64,000 nt of DNA from Candidatus Poribacteria bacterium. GTDB taxonomy: Bacteria; Poribacteria; WGA-4E; GCA-2687025. The DNA is taken from assembly GCA_963665845.2 (NCBI GenBank), contig OY762492.1:3680001-3744000 (forward strand), in the 5' to 3' direction. A program made the translations under genes and the position numbers. The notes under the pieces are model-generated. The model saw only the letters and a program-made list of their open reading frames with translations, made no database searches and had not been told where the DNA came from. Each line of letters starts with the position of its first letter. Within the stretch, counting starts at the first letter, position 1. Positions 1-9,042 of this stretch are shown one piece after another.

Positions 1-437
1 ACGTAATGGTCCCATGCCTTCGCGTCTTCTTGGAATTCCAGCAGCTGCGCCAGCGCGTAATGGGCGTCGGCGTATTTGGGCGAGAGGGTGATCGCGGCGC
101 GCAGATTTTCCTCCGCCGTTTCGTTCATTCCGAGATCCAGCGCGTCCAGCCCCGCCCGCAGACGCAGCGCCGCTTCAGGCCGGGGCGAAAAAGCGCCCTG
201 TCCGTCCATCGCCATGACGATAACGCCGCCCGCGAACGGGAGCTGCTTCTCGGTTCCGTCGTCCAGCCGTATGCGGAACTGGTCGCGTCCGCTGCCTTCC
301 CATTCGCCGGTGTAGGAGACGCCGTCCGGCAGGACGACGCGCACGCGCGCCCCCCATGCGTCCGCCGATAGAAGCGCCGACAGAGCCAACAGCGCCGCCG
401 CCCGCCTCCACATGCGCCATGTCGTTCGTTCTCTCAT
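1..437 (-). CDS. Secreted TPR-repeat protein, runs off the left edge (partial)
   Basis: Manual translation, not in the ORF track: MRERTTWRMWRRAAALLALSALLSADAWGARVRVVLPDG...AEENLRAAITLSPKYADAHYALAQLLE. Signal peptide followed by a TPR helix pattern; no stop before base 1. Confidence 0.7.
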   Translation of the reverse strand, partial: MRERTTWRMWRRAAALLALSALLSADAWGARVRVVLPDGVSYTGEWEGSGRDQFRIRLDDGTEKQLPFAGGVIVMAMDGQGAFSPRPEAALRLRAGLDALDLGMNETAEENLRAAITLSPKYADAHYALAQLLEFQEDAKAWDHY

Positions 438-465
438 GCGTGTTCCTGTCGTTCATTCATTGGTT

Positions 466-1905
466 TCATGACAACGCGGTTTCGATTTCGTCCGCGCCCT
501 CTTGGTCAAATTCCGCCATCTCGTATTTTTTCAGTTTCGCGTGGAGCGTGTTGCGGTTGATGCCGAGCGCGTCTGCCGCTTTGCTTTTGTTTCCGTCCAT
601 CTTGTCGAGAACGAACTGAAACAGGGGGCGCTCCACCTCCGCGACCGCTTCTTCATGCAGGTTTCCCGTTCGCCCTTCGTTCATGCGTTTTTGAACCAGC
701 TTCCGCACCCAAAGCTCCATCGATTCTCCGCTTTCCATTTCTGCCGTCGGGCTTAACAGCGGCGCGTCCTCTACGCTCAAAACCCGCCCCTGCGACATGA
801 CGATGCCGCGGTGGATCACGTTTTCCAGCTCCCTCACATTCCCCGGCCAGCGGTAGGCGTTCAACCGCCTCGCCAGCGCCGGCGACAACGTTTTGATCTC
901 ATACCCGTACTTAATGCAATACTTTGCAAGGAAATATTTGGCAAGCGCCGGGATGTCTTCTCGGCGGCGGCGAAGCGGCGGAAGCGTGATCGACACTACA
1001 TTGAGGCGGTACAGCAGGTCTTCTCGAAAATCGCCCTCCTGGACGGCTCGGTCGAGACGGCGGTTCGTCGCGGCGATGACGCGCGCGTTCGTTTCAAGCG
1101 TCTCGTCGGAACCGACCCGCTGATAAGTGCGCTCTTGGAGAACGCGCAGCAGCTTCGTCTGCAGGTCAAGCGGTATGTCGCCGATTTCGTCTAGCAGAAT
1201 CGTTCCGTTGTCGGCGCTGGCGAAACGCCCCTCTCTGTCGGAATGGGCGTCTGTGAAGGCGCCGCGCACATGTCCAAACAGCTCGCTTTCAAGCAGATTG
1301 TCCGGTATGGCGGCGCAGTTGACCGCCACATACGGCATCGGCGCGCGCCGGCTGTTGGCATGAATCGCCTGCGCGACCAGCTCCTTGCCGGTGCCGCATT
1401 CGCCGAGAAGGAGCGCGGTGACGTCGCTCTCGGCGATTCTCCCGATCGTTTTATACACCTCCTGCATGGCGGCGCTGTTGCCGATGATCTCATCGCCGCC
1501 GTTCATCTTCGGCGGAGACGGCGGCGCGGGCGACTGCTCTATCGACGCGGCGGCGCGGCGCGCCAGCTCTTGCACTTTAAGTATATCGAACGGCTTGGTG
1601 ATGTAGTCGAAGGCGCGCCGCTTCATCGCTTCGACGGCGGTGCGCATCGTTCCGTGCGCCGTGAGAACGATGATCGGGATGTCTGGATTCGTTTCGCGTA
1701 TTTCGGAGAGGCTGTCCAGCCCGTTTCCGTCCGGCAAGAAAATGTCTAGAAAAAGTATGTCCGCCTCGGAGCGGTTGAGAGCGGCGCGCGCCTCCTTGAG
1801 CGTATGTACGCTGGTCGCCTTGAAGCCGGCGTCGATGAGCGACTCGGTCAAGACGCGGCAGATGTTCGGCTCATCGTCGCAGATGAGGGCGCGTTTTTGG
1901 TTCAT
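466..1905 (-). CDS. Sigma54-dependent response regulator, NtrC family (REC-AAA+-Fis HTH)
   Basis: Receiver domain ([14 protein letters not shown]), Walker [22 protein letters not shown] loop, [35 protein letters not shown]. Confidence 0.93.
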   Translation of the reverse strand: MNQKRALICDDEPNICRVLTESLIDAGFKATSVHTLKEARAALNRSEADILFLDIFLPDGNGLDSLSEIRETNPDIPIIVLTAHGTMRTAVEAMKRRAFDYITKPFDILKVQELARRAAASIEQSPAPPSPPKMNGGDEIIGNSAAMQEVYKTIGRIAESDVTALLLGECGTGKELVAQAIHANSRRAPMPYVAVNCAAIPDNLLESELFGHVRGAFTDAHSDREGRFASADNGTILLDEIGDIPLDLQTKLLRVLQERTYQRVGSDETLETNARVIAATNRRLDRAVQEGDFREDLLYRLNVVSITLPPLRRRREDIPALAKYFLAKYCIKYGYEIKTLSPALARRLNAYRWPGNVRELENVIHRGIVMSQGRVLSVEDAPLLSPTAEMESGESMELWVRKLVQKRMNEGRTGNLHEEAVAEVERPLFQFVLDKMDGNKSKAADALGINRNTLHAKLKKYEMAEFDQEGADEIETALS

Positions 1906-1917
1906 CTTGATCCGTCT

Positions 1918-2622
1918 CTATCCGTTCAGGTCGCATCCTACGAATTTGCGCTGGATCTGAATCGCCGCGTCCATTACGGAGAAGGAGCCGGCGGCGGGAT
2001 CGATCACATAGTCGCCCTCGTTCGTCACAGCGGCGATGAGCGCGCTTTGCAGCCCGACAGGTTTCTGGTGCGTGTGCGTCCGCCGTTCGATCTTCTCGCG
2101 CCATGTGTCCGGTATATTGCGTATCGTCCAGACGCCTTTGGCGCGGCGCGGTTTTTTTTGAAGAACAACGCAGTACTCGGTCGTTCGGCGGGTTCGGTAA
2201 CCCATGCCGATGCGCCCCTTGTCCCATGAGATCAGGTCGACGACTTCGAGAGGCGCGTCGCTGTGCCAGCCGCTGAAGCCTTCGCACAGGTGAAACTTGT
2301 CCATCCACAGAAACAAATGCCCGGACGGTTTCAGGACGCGCCCGATGCCGCCGATAAACAGGCGGATCGTCTCCTCGCTCATCTGCTGGAGAGCGGCGCG
2401 TTCTTTGCCGCGCCCTTTGCCTTCGTTTCCGTAGGCGAGTTTGTCTAGGACGCCGCGGTATTGCGGGTCTAAAAACGCGGCGGAGATCGATTCGTCCGGC
2501 AGCAGGCTTAGAAACTGTATGCCGTCCATCTGGAGGCGGCGGTTCGGCTCCATGCGGTCGGGCAGCCGCGTTTCAAGCGGGGCTTCTCGGTCGTCGTTGG
2601 CGGCTTGCGTTGATCTGCTCAT
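1918..2622 (-). CDS. Site-specific DNA methyltransferase (N6A/N4C, beta-type motif order)
   Basis: Motif IV variant FLDPQY, RVLKPSGHLFLW, HTHQKP, motif I DPAAGSFS, FVGCDL. Start probably MSRSTQ at 2622. Confidence 0.85.
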   Translation of the reverse strand: MSRSTQAANDDREAPLETRLPDRMEPNRRLQMDGIQFLSLLPDESISAAFLDPQYRGVLDKLAYGNEGKGRGKERAALQQMSEETIRLFIGGIGRVLKPSGHLFLWMDKFHLCEGFSGWHSDAPLEVVDLISWDKGRIGMGYRTRRTTEYCVVLQKKPRRAKGVWTIRNIPDTWREKIERRTHTHQKPVGLQSALIAAVTNEGDYVIDPAAGSFSVMDAAIQIQRKFVGCDLNG

Positions 2623-2689
2623 GCTTTGTATCCACAGCGATTCATTTTGAATTTTAACAATAAAAGGAGCGGGGGTCAAGTTGCCCCGC

Positions 2690-2857
2690 CTGACCTCATG
2701 GCTAAAGTTGGGACATTTGAACGAACAAAGCCTCTATTCATGGGAAAAAGGCGCCGCCAACCAAACGGTCATTCCCGCGTAAGCGGGAATCTAGAGGCGC
2801 CGCAGAAACCGTCCGCGTTCGCCCGTCGGCATGTCCCAACTAAAGACGTAAGGTCAG
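2690..2857. mobile_element. MITE family A, full copy
   Basis: Imperfect terminal inverted repeats CTGACCT-N10-AGTTGGGACAT at both ends, flanked by direct repeat GCCCCGC (2683-2689 and 2858-2864). Internal ATTCCCGCGTAAGCGGGAAT palindrome; non-coding. Confidence 0.75.
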
Positions 2858-2864
2858 GCCCCGC

Positions 2865-3030
2865 CTCTCCCCCCTTGAAAAGGGGGCAGGGGGGTTTCCG
2901 CGGACAGCGCCCGCGGCGGCTAAGATTCCCGCGCATTTTACCGCAGGGGCGGGAATGCATGTCCTCGCGGAAGCGGGGAACGCTTTGGGCTGCCGGACGC
3001 TGGAGTTGAACGCGGACGGTTTCGGCGGCT
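2865..3030. repeat. Composite repeat cluster (CCCCCTTGAAAAGGGGG hairpin, expanded dRS3-like palindrome, ATGCATGTCCTCGCGGAAGCGGGG module)
   Basis: Modules recur at about 3720-3930, 8510-8570, 23110-23280, 53005-53040 and 55890-56020. Confidence 0.75.
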
Positions 3031-3045
3031 AGATACCGCCTCGGT

Positions 3046-3516
3046 TCACCAGTTGAACAATCTCGCCTTCTCTGGAGGGAGCAGATAGAGCGTTGGCCGG
3101 GAAAATCTCACTCGCGACAGTCTCAAGCTTGAGTCTGGTTGCCACCGCACTTTCCGAAGGTTGCCGCCCCAAGTTTGGCGTGAGGCATCCTCGTCATAGT
3201 AGGCGTCTCCCTGGAATTCACCCAGCCCCGCGTACTTTTCCAGACCGGCGCGGGCAACAACAAGGTCGCCATCCTCAATCTCAAAATAGAACCGCTCTAC
3301 CATCCTGCAGCCTCTTTTTAACCCTCCCCATGCCGGGTTCGCGCGTTCTGCCCAGAGACTCCTCAAATGCTCTGGGGATTCTGGGGAATCTCCCAAGTTC
3401 CAACCAATGGAAATCACCCCGTTGGCATGGTCGTACTCCCAGCATTCGCGATACCGCTTCGCCGTTTTCCCACTGGTGCTGTATTTCGCAGGGGCGATTG
3501 CCCAATATTTTGCCAT
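3046..3516 (-). CDS. Stand-alone EVE/PUA-like domain protein resembling McrB/Mrr N-terminal domains
   Basis: KYWAIAP..WEYDHANGVISIGW..FYFEIEDGDLVVAR..GLGEFQGDAYYD..RKVRW pattern recalls N-terminal domains of modification-dependent restriction proteins; lower GC than flanks. Confidence 0.55.
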   Translation of the reverse strand: MAKYWAIAPAKYSTSGKTAKRYRECWEYDHANGVISIGWNLGDSPESPEHLRSLWAERANPAWGGLKRGCRMVERFYFEIEDGDLVVARAGLEKYAGLGEFQGDAYYDEDASRQTWGGNLRKVRWQPDSSLRLSRVRFSRPTLYLLPPEKARLFNW

Positions 3517-3599
3517 CGTTCACTCCGAATTCAGATTCAGGTTCAGTTTCGGCATAGGCATGTTTATAACGCCTTCCGCGGTCGGGGGCAAGCTGAAGA

Positions 3600-3930
3600 C
3601 GGTTTGAACTAGGATGGAAGGATGATTAAGATTGCCAAGATAGCCGCTCACGGGAATTTTCTTGGCAATCTTTTCAATCTTGGCAATCCTAGTTCAGACG
3701 ACAACAGCGGCAGCTACACTCTAAGATTCCCGCTTGCGCGGGAATGCATGTCCTCGCGGAAGCGGGGAACGCTTTGAGCCGCCGGACGCTGGAGGCGACG
3801 CGGACGGTTTCGGCGGCGCCTCTAGATTCCCGCTTACGCGGGAATGACGCTTTGAGCCGCCGGACGTTGGAGGTGAACGCGGACGGTTTCGGCGGCGCCT
3901 CTAGATTCCCGTTTTTACGGGGCAGGCTAG
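3600..3930. repeat. Repeat cluster: TGAACTAGGAT...CTTGGCAATC...ATCCTAGTTCA palindromic element plus dRS3-like palindromes
   Basis: Inverted termini TGAACTAGGAT/ATCCTAGTTCA; same family at about 22905-22945 and 23286-23365. ATTCCC-N8-GGGAAT at about 3726 and 3826. Confidence 0.75.
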
Positions 3931-3950
3931 GGGTGCGGCAGGCTTTAGAT

Positions 3951-5591
3951 TTAGGCTTTCGGAGCGGCGGGGAGCGTGACGGTGAAGCGGCAGCCTCCCC
4001 CGTTGACGGCGCTGACCTCAATCGTTCCGTTGTGATCCTCCACGATGCGCTTCGTCAATGCCAAGCCGATGCCCGCCCCTTTGCGCTTCGTTGTGTAAAG
4101 CGGGTCGAAGATGCGCCGGCGCAGTTCTGGGGAGACGCCGGGGCCGTCGTCCTGCACATACGCCTCCACCACCCGCATAGACCCGCCCGATGTCCGCTCC
4201 ACCGCGCGCGTCGAGACGCGCAGCTCGCCCCCGTCAGGCATGGCGTCGATCGCATTGCTGATGAGGTTCAGAAAAACCTGCGCGATCTGGTCGGCGTCCG
4301 CCAAGACGCGCGGCGCGTTCTCGGCAAAATCGCGCCGTATCCGCGCGCCCGATTTCTGCGCCTCATTCTTCATCAAAACTAAAGCCCTTTCAGCCGCCTC
4401 CGCCAGATCGATCTCCTGAAACATGTCCGGCGACGAACGCCCGTAACGCAGCTGTTTCTCCACCACGCGGTTCAGCCGTTCCACCTCCTCAATGATGATG
4501 GAGGCGTATTGAAGCATGTCTTCAGCCGATTTCGTCGAGAGCGCGGGCTGTCCGCCGCTCATCCGCTTGACGCCGATTTCGATCAGCTGCGCGGCGCCGC
4601 GTATGCCTCCAAGCGGGTTGCGTATCTCGTGCGCCAGGCTTTGCGACATCTCGCCCAGCGCGGCGAGCCGTTCGTGGAGCGCCGCTTCCTCTATCATCTG
4701 CTGTATTTTCAGCGCCTGCGAGAAGACGGAGGCGACGATGGTCAAGAAATTCAGGTCGTCGCGCAGGGTTCGCTCATCCATCGGCGCTCGGTCGACGCTC
4801 AACACGCCCGCCGTTTCGCCTTCCATGACGATCGGCAGGCATAGAAAAGCGACGGAGCGTTCCTCCTCCTCCGCTTCATGAAGCGCGATCGGCTTGTCGC
4901 CCAGGTTCGGCGCCGCGGTCGGCTGACCCGTTTTCAGCGTCTGGCGGTAGATCGTTTCGCCCAGGCGGTACTGTCCGCGTTCGATGTCGGCGTCGGTCAG
5001 TCCGTAGGCGCATTTGAGCGTGAACCGCTCCGCCGCGCGGTCGTAAAGCAGCAGCTGTCCTCTGTACATGTTCAGCTGGTCAGACAGGCGGCGCATGACA
5101 TCTTCAAACAGGCTTTCCATGTCGAAGGTGCGCGATATTTCGCGGGCGATTTCAAACAGAGCGGAGCTTTCGATCAGATGCTTTTGCGCTTCGGCGTTCG
5201 CTTCGTCCAGCCGCTTCAGCCGCGTTTGGGCATTATTCCGCCAAAGAAGAAGTCGGCTGAGCGCGGCGATCGTCATTCCGCCGACGCAGGCGAACATACC
5301 GGACACCATGGCGATGGCGGGGATATTCGGATGGAAGAGCGCATAGGCGAAAAGCGACGCCGCCCCCGCGCCCCATACCGCCCATGGCCTGCCGCGCAGA
5401 ACGGCGGCGACCAGAGCGAGAATGTAAAGATGCGACAGCGCAGCCGCCGCGGCAAGCGGGTTCAAACGATCCCCCGCGGCGTACAGGCACAGGCTGGACA
5501 GGCAGATTCCAACGATGAGAACGATGGTCAGCGCGGCGGGTCGGCGCCCCCGCCTTCCGTCGCCGATCTCGTTCTCAAGCGGGCTGTCCAT
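3951..5591 (-). CDS. Membrane GAF-domain sensor histidine kinase, NtrB-like
   Basis: N-terminal TM helices, GAF domain (AFLCLPIVMEGETAGVLSVD), H-box LAHEIRNPLGGIRGAAQL, N box QVFLNLISNAIDAM, DDGPG, GAGIGL. Confidence 0.9.
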   Translation of the reverse strand: MDSPLENEIGDGRRGRRPAALTIVLIVGICLSSLCLYAAGDRLNPLAAAAALSHLYILALVAAVLRGRPWAVWGAGAASLFAYALFHPNIPAIAMVSGMFACVGGMTIAALSRLLLWRNNAQTRLKRLDEANAEAQKHLIESSALFEIAREISRTFDMESLFEDVMRRLSDQLNMYRGQLLLYDRAAERFTLKCAYGLTDADIERGQYRLGETIYRQTLKTGQPTAAPNLGDKPIALHEAEEEERSVAFLCLPIVMEGETAGVLSVDRAPMDERTLRDDLNFLTIVASVFSQALKIQQMIEEAALHERLAALGEMSQSLAHEIRNPLGGIRGAAQLIEIGVKRMSGGQPALSTKSAEDMLQYASIIIEEVERLNRVVEKQLRYGRSSPDMFQEIDLAEAAERALVLMKNEAQKSGARIRRDFAENAPRVLADADQIAQVFLNLISNAIDAMPDGGELRVSTRAVERTSGGSMRVVEAYVQDDGPGVSPELRRRIFDPLYTTKRKGAGIGLALTKRIVEDHNGTIEVSAVNGGGCRFTVTLPAAPKA

Positions 5592-5604
5592 TGCGGCGGC
5601 GCGT

Positions 5605-7104
5605 TTATTCGGGCGTTTCGAAGCCGCGCAGCCGTTGCAGCGACTTCAACGCCTGCAGATAATTGACCGCCGACCGTATCTTCGGATCCCAAATGTAATC
5701 GTCCTCCTGACCGACCGTCTCTGCCGCAATCGCAAATCTCACCAACGGATCGCTCAAGGCGACGCCTTCCGCCTCCAGCGCCTCCAAGAAGCTGCGGTAG
5801 CTGCGCTCTAGGCTGGAGGGGGGCGAGTCGCGCGGGTCTTCCTTTGCCAGGCGGTCTAGCACATCGGCTCCCTCTTTTTCTAAAAACGCTTTCAACGCTT
5901 CGCTTGTCCGCGCCTTTAGCCACATGCGCCCTTCAGCTCCGCTCAACGGGTCCAGCGTCACATCCGGCACGATTCCGACCTTGTGGATATTGACATCGTT
6001 CGGGGTGTAGTAATGGGCGATGGTGAGTTTGACGGCGGACGGTTCAGGCGCCTCGTCCAGCTGAAAGATTTTTTGAACGCTCGCTTTTCCGAAGGTGTCG
6101 GTACCCATCAACAGCGCCCGTCCATGCGCCTGAAGCGCCCCCGCGACAATCTCCGACGCGCTGGCGCTGCCCTGGTTCACCAGAACGATCAGCGGCAGGT
6201 CGGTATGGAAGCTCTTGCTTTCAACGTGAAAGTTGTTCGGTTCGCCGCGCCCCTTTGTATAGACAATCAGGTCGCCTTCGTTCAAAAAGAAGGAGGCGAT
6301 CTTCGTCGCCGAGTTCAGCAAGCCGCCGGGATTGGAGCGCAGGTCTAAAATGAGCGCATTCGCCCCCTTCGCTTCCATCTCTTTGATCGTCTCTTCAACG
6401 GCGGCCGCGGTCGGTCCCATAAACTGCGTGATGCGGATATAGCCTGTCATGGATTCTTCAAGGAGCGCGCTTTTGACCGACACGATCGTGATGATTCCGC
6501 GCACGATGGGCGTGATGATCGGCTCGTCAACGCCTTCCCGCAGGATGGTGAGGGTGACGCTGGTGCCGGGTTCGCCGCGCATTTTTCGGGCGCCTTCGTC
6601 GACCGAGATGCCGGCGGTCGATTCGCCGTCGATCTCGACGATCGCGTCCCCCGCCATGACGCCCGCTTTATGCGCGGGAGTGTCTTCGATGGGGGCAACG
6701 ACGGTGAGGCGGTTCTGCTTGATGCCGATATACATGCCGAGTCCGCCGAATTTGCCGCTTGTGTCGGTCTGCAGGGCGCTGTACGCTTCGGAGTCGTAAT
6801 ATTGGCTATACGGGTCTAATTCCCGCAGCATACCGCGTATGGCGCCTTTGACCAGCTTGTCGAAATCTTCTGGGCTATAATGCTCGCTCTGTACGCGGGC
6901 AAGCGCTTCGCTCAAAACAGCGAGGCTTTCCAGCGCCGCATCCTCTTCAGACTGCTCGGCGGGAGGCTGCTCAGGCTCCACAACGGGGGGCGTCTGCGCG
7001 TCGGCAAACAGGACGCTCAGCGCAAACAGAAAAGCGGTCAACAAGGCGAACAGCGCGCAAACCGAAGCGATTCGCCAGACAGCGCGGCTTTCAAGATGCT
7101 TCAT
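5605..7104 (-). CDS. ctpA: Carboxyl-terminal processing protease, S41A family
   Basis: LDPYSQY, PDZ GGLGMYI, ILDLRSNPGGLL, SASASEIVAGALQ, TFGKASVQ. Confidence 0.92.
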   Translation of the reverse strand: MKHLESRAVWRIASVCALFALLTAFLFALSVLFADAQTPPVVEPEQPPAEQSEEDAALESLAVLSEALARVQSEHYSPEDFDKLVKGAIRGMLRELDPYSQYYDSEAYSALQTDTSGKFGGLGMYIGIKQNRLTVVAPIEDTPAHKAGVMAGDAIVEIDGESTAGISVDEGARKMRGEPGTSVTLTILREGVDEPIITPIVRGIITIVSVKSALLEESMTGYIRITQFMGPTAAAVEETIKEMEAKGANALILDLRSNPGGLLNSATKIASFFLNEGDLIVYTKGRGEPNNFHVESKSFHTDLPLIVLVNQGSASASEIVAGALQAHGRALLMGTDTFGKASVQKIFQLDEAPEPSAVKLTIAHYYTPNDVNIHKVGIVPDVTLDPLSGAEGRMWLKARTSEALKAFLEKEGADVLDRLAKEDPRDSPPSSLERSYRSFLEALEAEGVALSDPLVRFAIAAETVGQEDDYIWDPKIRSAVNYLQALKSLQRLRGFETPE

Positions 7105-7157
7105 ATCAAGGTAACTCTCATCGTTGTTTCATAAAAGCGTTTCTATCTTACTCGGCG

Positions 7158-8402
7158 TCAACGGCGCGGGCGCATCCAGTTGTTGGCTTTAAACCCGCGC
7201 CTCATTTCAAAATACAGAACCGGTCGGTCAACCAGCCCGCCTGTGTTTCCGACCGTTCCGATCACGGTTCCTTTGGCGACCTTTTGCCCTTCTTTCACAT
7301 GGATGTCGCGCAGGTGGGCGTAAAATGTTCGCAAGCCTTGGTTCCTGTTATCATAGCCATGGAACACGCAGACCATTTTGCCGAATCCCAGCCCGGCGTA
7401 CCAATCGGCGAATCTGACCGTTCCGCTCATGATCGATTTGACGGGCGCGCCTTCTGGCGCCTGTATCGACACGCCGTTCTGGTCGTTGCTGAAATTGGAG
7501 ACGACAGTTCCGGAGACGGGCCAAATGACCTCCTGATAGGTTCCGCGCAGCTCCAGCTTTGAGGTGTGTCCGATGGTTCTTGGTTTCCACGGGGTTTTGG
7601 AGGCGGCGGTGGAAACGGCTCCCGTTCTGACCGTCTTTGCCGCCGGCGCCGCCGCCTCGCTTGCGTTTGCCAGATTGCGTATCATCGCGTCTAAGGCGCG
7701 GACGGCGGTTTCCCCCTCGCGTATGAGCCGTTCTTGGGCGGCTTTGTTTTGGCGCGCTCTGGCGAGCGTCGTTTGGCGCGTTGCGCGTTCTTTTTCGAGC
7801 GCCGTTTTTTGCTTTTGAACGGTCTGCTCCTGCCGCGCTAAAACGGCGCGCCGTTCCGACAGGTCCGCTTTTCGCGCGTCCAGTATCTTCTGCGAATCGA
7901 CAAGCTGTTGCAGTATCTCCTGATCTTTCTCGCGTATTTTGGAGAGGTATTTTAAGCGGGTGAGGGGACCGCCGACCCCGTTTCCGTTCAGATGTCCGCG
8001 CATGGCGATGCCGAAGGGCGCGCCGCCTGAACGATACGCGAGCTTATACTTGGCGCGAAAACGCTGCCCGACCCGCTCTTCGTGCGCTTTGTGCCGCTTC
8101 TCAAGCGCCTCAATATCCTGTTGTACGGCGGCGATGCCGGACTGGACTTTGGCGATGTCGCGCTGGGCGGCAATCAGCTGCGTCCGCGCCGAGTCGATTT
8201 TTCGGTCCAGGCGGTTGATTTCGGCGAGGATGCCTTTTTCAAGCTGCGCCGCTTTCTGCGCGGCGGCTTCAGCTTGACGGATGCGGGCGCGCTCTTTGTC
8301 CCGTTCGGTCTGGGCGCGCTGCAACTCGGCGTTTTCCTGCGCCTGCGCGGCGAGCGGAAACAGCGCGGCAAATGCGCATAACAATAGAAAGAAACGATTC
8401 AT
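7158..8402 (-). CDS. envC: EnvC-like coiled-coil plus M23 peptidase domain protein
   Basis: Signal peptide, long coiled coil, C-terminal WPVSG..GVSIQAPEGAPV..YAHL..GTVGNTG..LYFEMR (degenerate LytM site as in EnvC); directly upstream of ctpA. Confidence 0.8.
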   Translation of the reverse strand: MNRFFLLLCAFAALFPLAAQAQENAELQRAQTERDKERARIRQAEAAAQKAAQLEKGILAEINRLDRKIDSARTQLIAAQRDIAKVQSGIAAVQQDIEALEKRHKAHEERVGQRFRAKYKLAYRSGGAPFGIAMRGHLNGNGVGGPLTRLKYLSKIREKDQEILQQLVDSQKILDARKADLSERRAVLARQEQTVQKQKTALEKERATRQTTLARARQNKAAQERLIREGETAVRALDAMIRNLANASEAAAPAAKTVRTGAVSTAASKTPWKPRTIGHTSKLELRGTYQEVIWPVSGTVVSNFSNDQNGVSIQAPEGAPVKSIMSGTVRFADWYAGLGFGKMVCVFHGYDNRNQGLRTFYAHLRDIHVKEGQKVAKGTVIGTVGNTGGLVDRPVLYFEMRRGFKANNWMRPRR

Positions 8403-8448
8403 ACTCTTATGATACACTGGAGGGGGCGGGATCGCAAATATACGGACG

Positions 8449-8625
8449 CTGACCTTGCGTCTTTAGTTGGGACATTTCGGCGGGCGGACGCAGACGGTTT
8501 CTACGGCGCCTCTAGATTCCCGCACGTTTTACCGCAGGGGCGGGAATGCATGTCCTCGCGGAAGCGGGGGACGGTCTGGCTGGCGGAGCCTTTTTCCCAT
8601 GAATAAAGGCTTTGTTCGTTCAGCA
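8449..8625. mobile_element. MITE family A, near-complete copy in reverse orientation
   Basis: Begins CTGACCTTGCGTCTTTAGTTGGGACAT and ends TTCCCATGAATAAAGGCTTTGTTCGTTCA, matching the reverse complement of 2690-2857. Confidence 0.7.
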
Positions 8626-8636
8626 GCGTTTTCGTT

Positions 8637-8684
8637 AAAAGAAAGAAAGGAAGAGCAGACTCGATGGCGCAGAGCCGCTCTTCC
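8637..8684 (-). terminator. Intrinsic terminator of hup
   Basis: GGAAGAGC...GCTCTTCC stem followed on the minus strand by TTTCTTTCTTTT, just after the hup stop. Confidence 0.65.
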
Positions 8685-8694
8685 TCCGATCTGT

Positions 8695-8976
8695 TCAGTT
8701 GTCAACGCTGTCGCGCAGCGTTTTCCCTGGTTTAAAGGCGGCGACGGTTTTGGCGGCGATCTGAATCTTCTCTTTTGTCTGCGGGTTGGTGCCTTCGCGG
8801 GCGGCTCGATGGCGCGTTTCAAAAGTTCCGAACCCGATGATGCTCACCTTCTCGCCGTTTGCCAGCGCGTCTGTGATGGCGCCCAGAACGGCGTCCAGAG
8901 CTTGGGACGCCTGTTTTCTCGTCAGGCTCAGATCCTCATGATCGTAAAGGGCGTTGACGATGTCTTGCTTGTTCAC
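8695..8976 (-). CDS. hup: DNA-binding protein HU
   Basis: GTG start after AGGAGG; NKQDIV..GEKVSIIGFGTF..RAAREGTNPQT..AFKPGKTLRD. Confidence 0.95.
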   Translation of the reverse strand: MNKQDIVNALYDHEDLSLTRKQASQALDAVLGAITDALANGEKVSIIGFGTFETRHRAAREGTNPQTKEKIQIAAKTVAAFKPGKTLRDSVDN

Positions 8977-9042
8977 TGGAGGACTCCTCCTGATGCGTAC
9001 ATAAGTGTTCATGAATCGGCGCCGCTGGCGCCCACTCTCATT

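Noticed and set aside
2626-4382. ORFs containing SFPRKRES, LDSRLRGND or IPACAGM peptides (also near 22734-23353, 52782-53177, 55858-56136)
   Set aside because: These are translations of the palindromic repeats, not genes.
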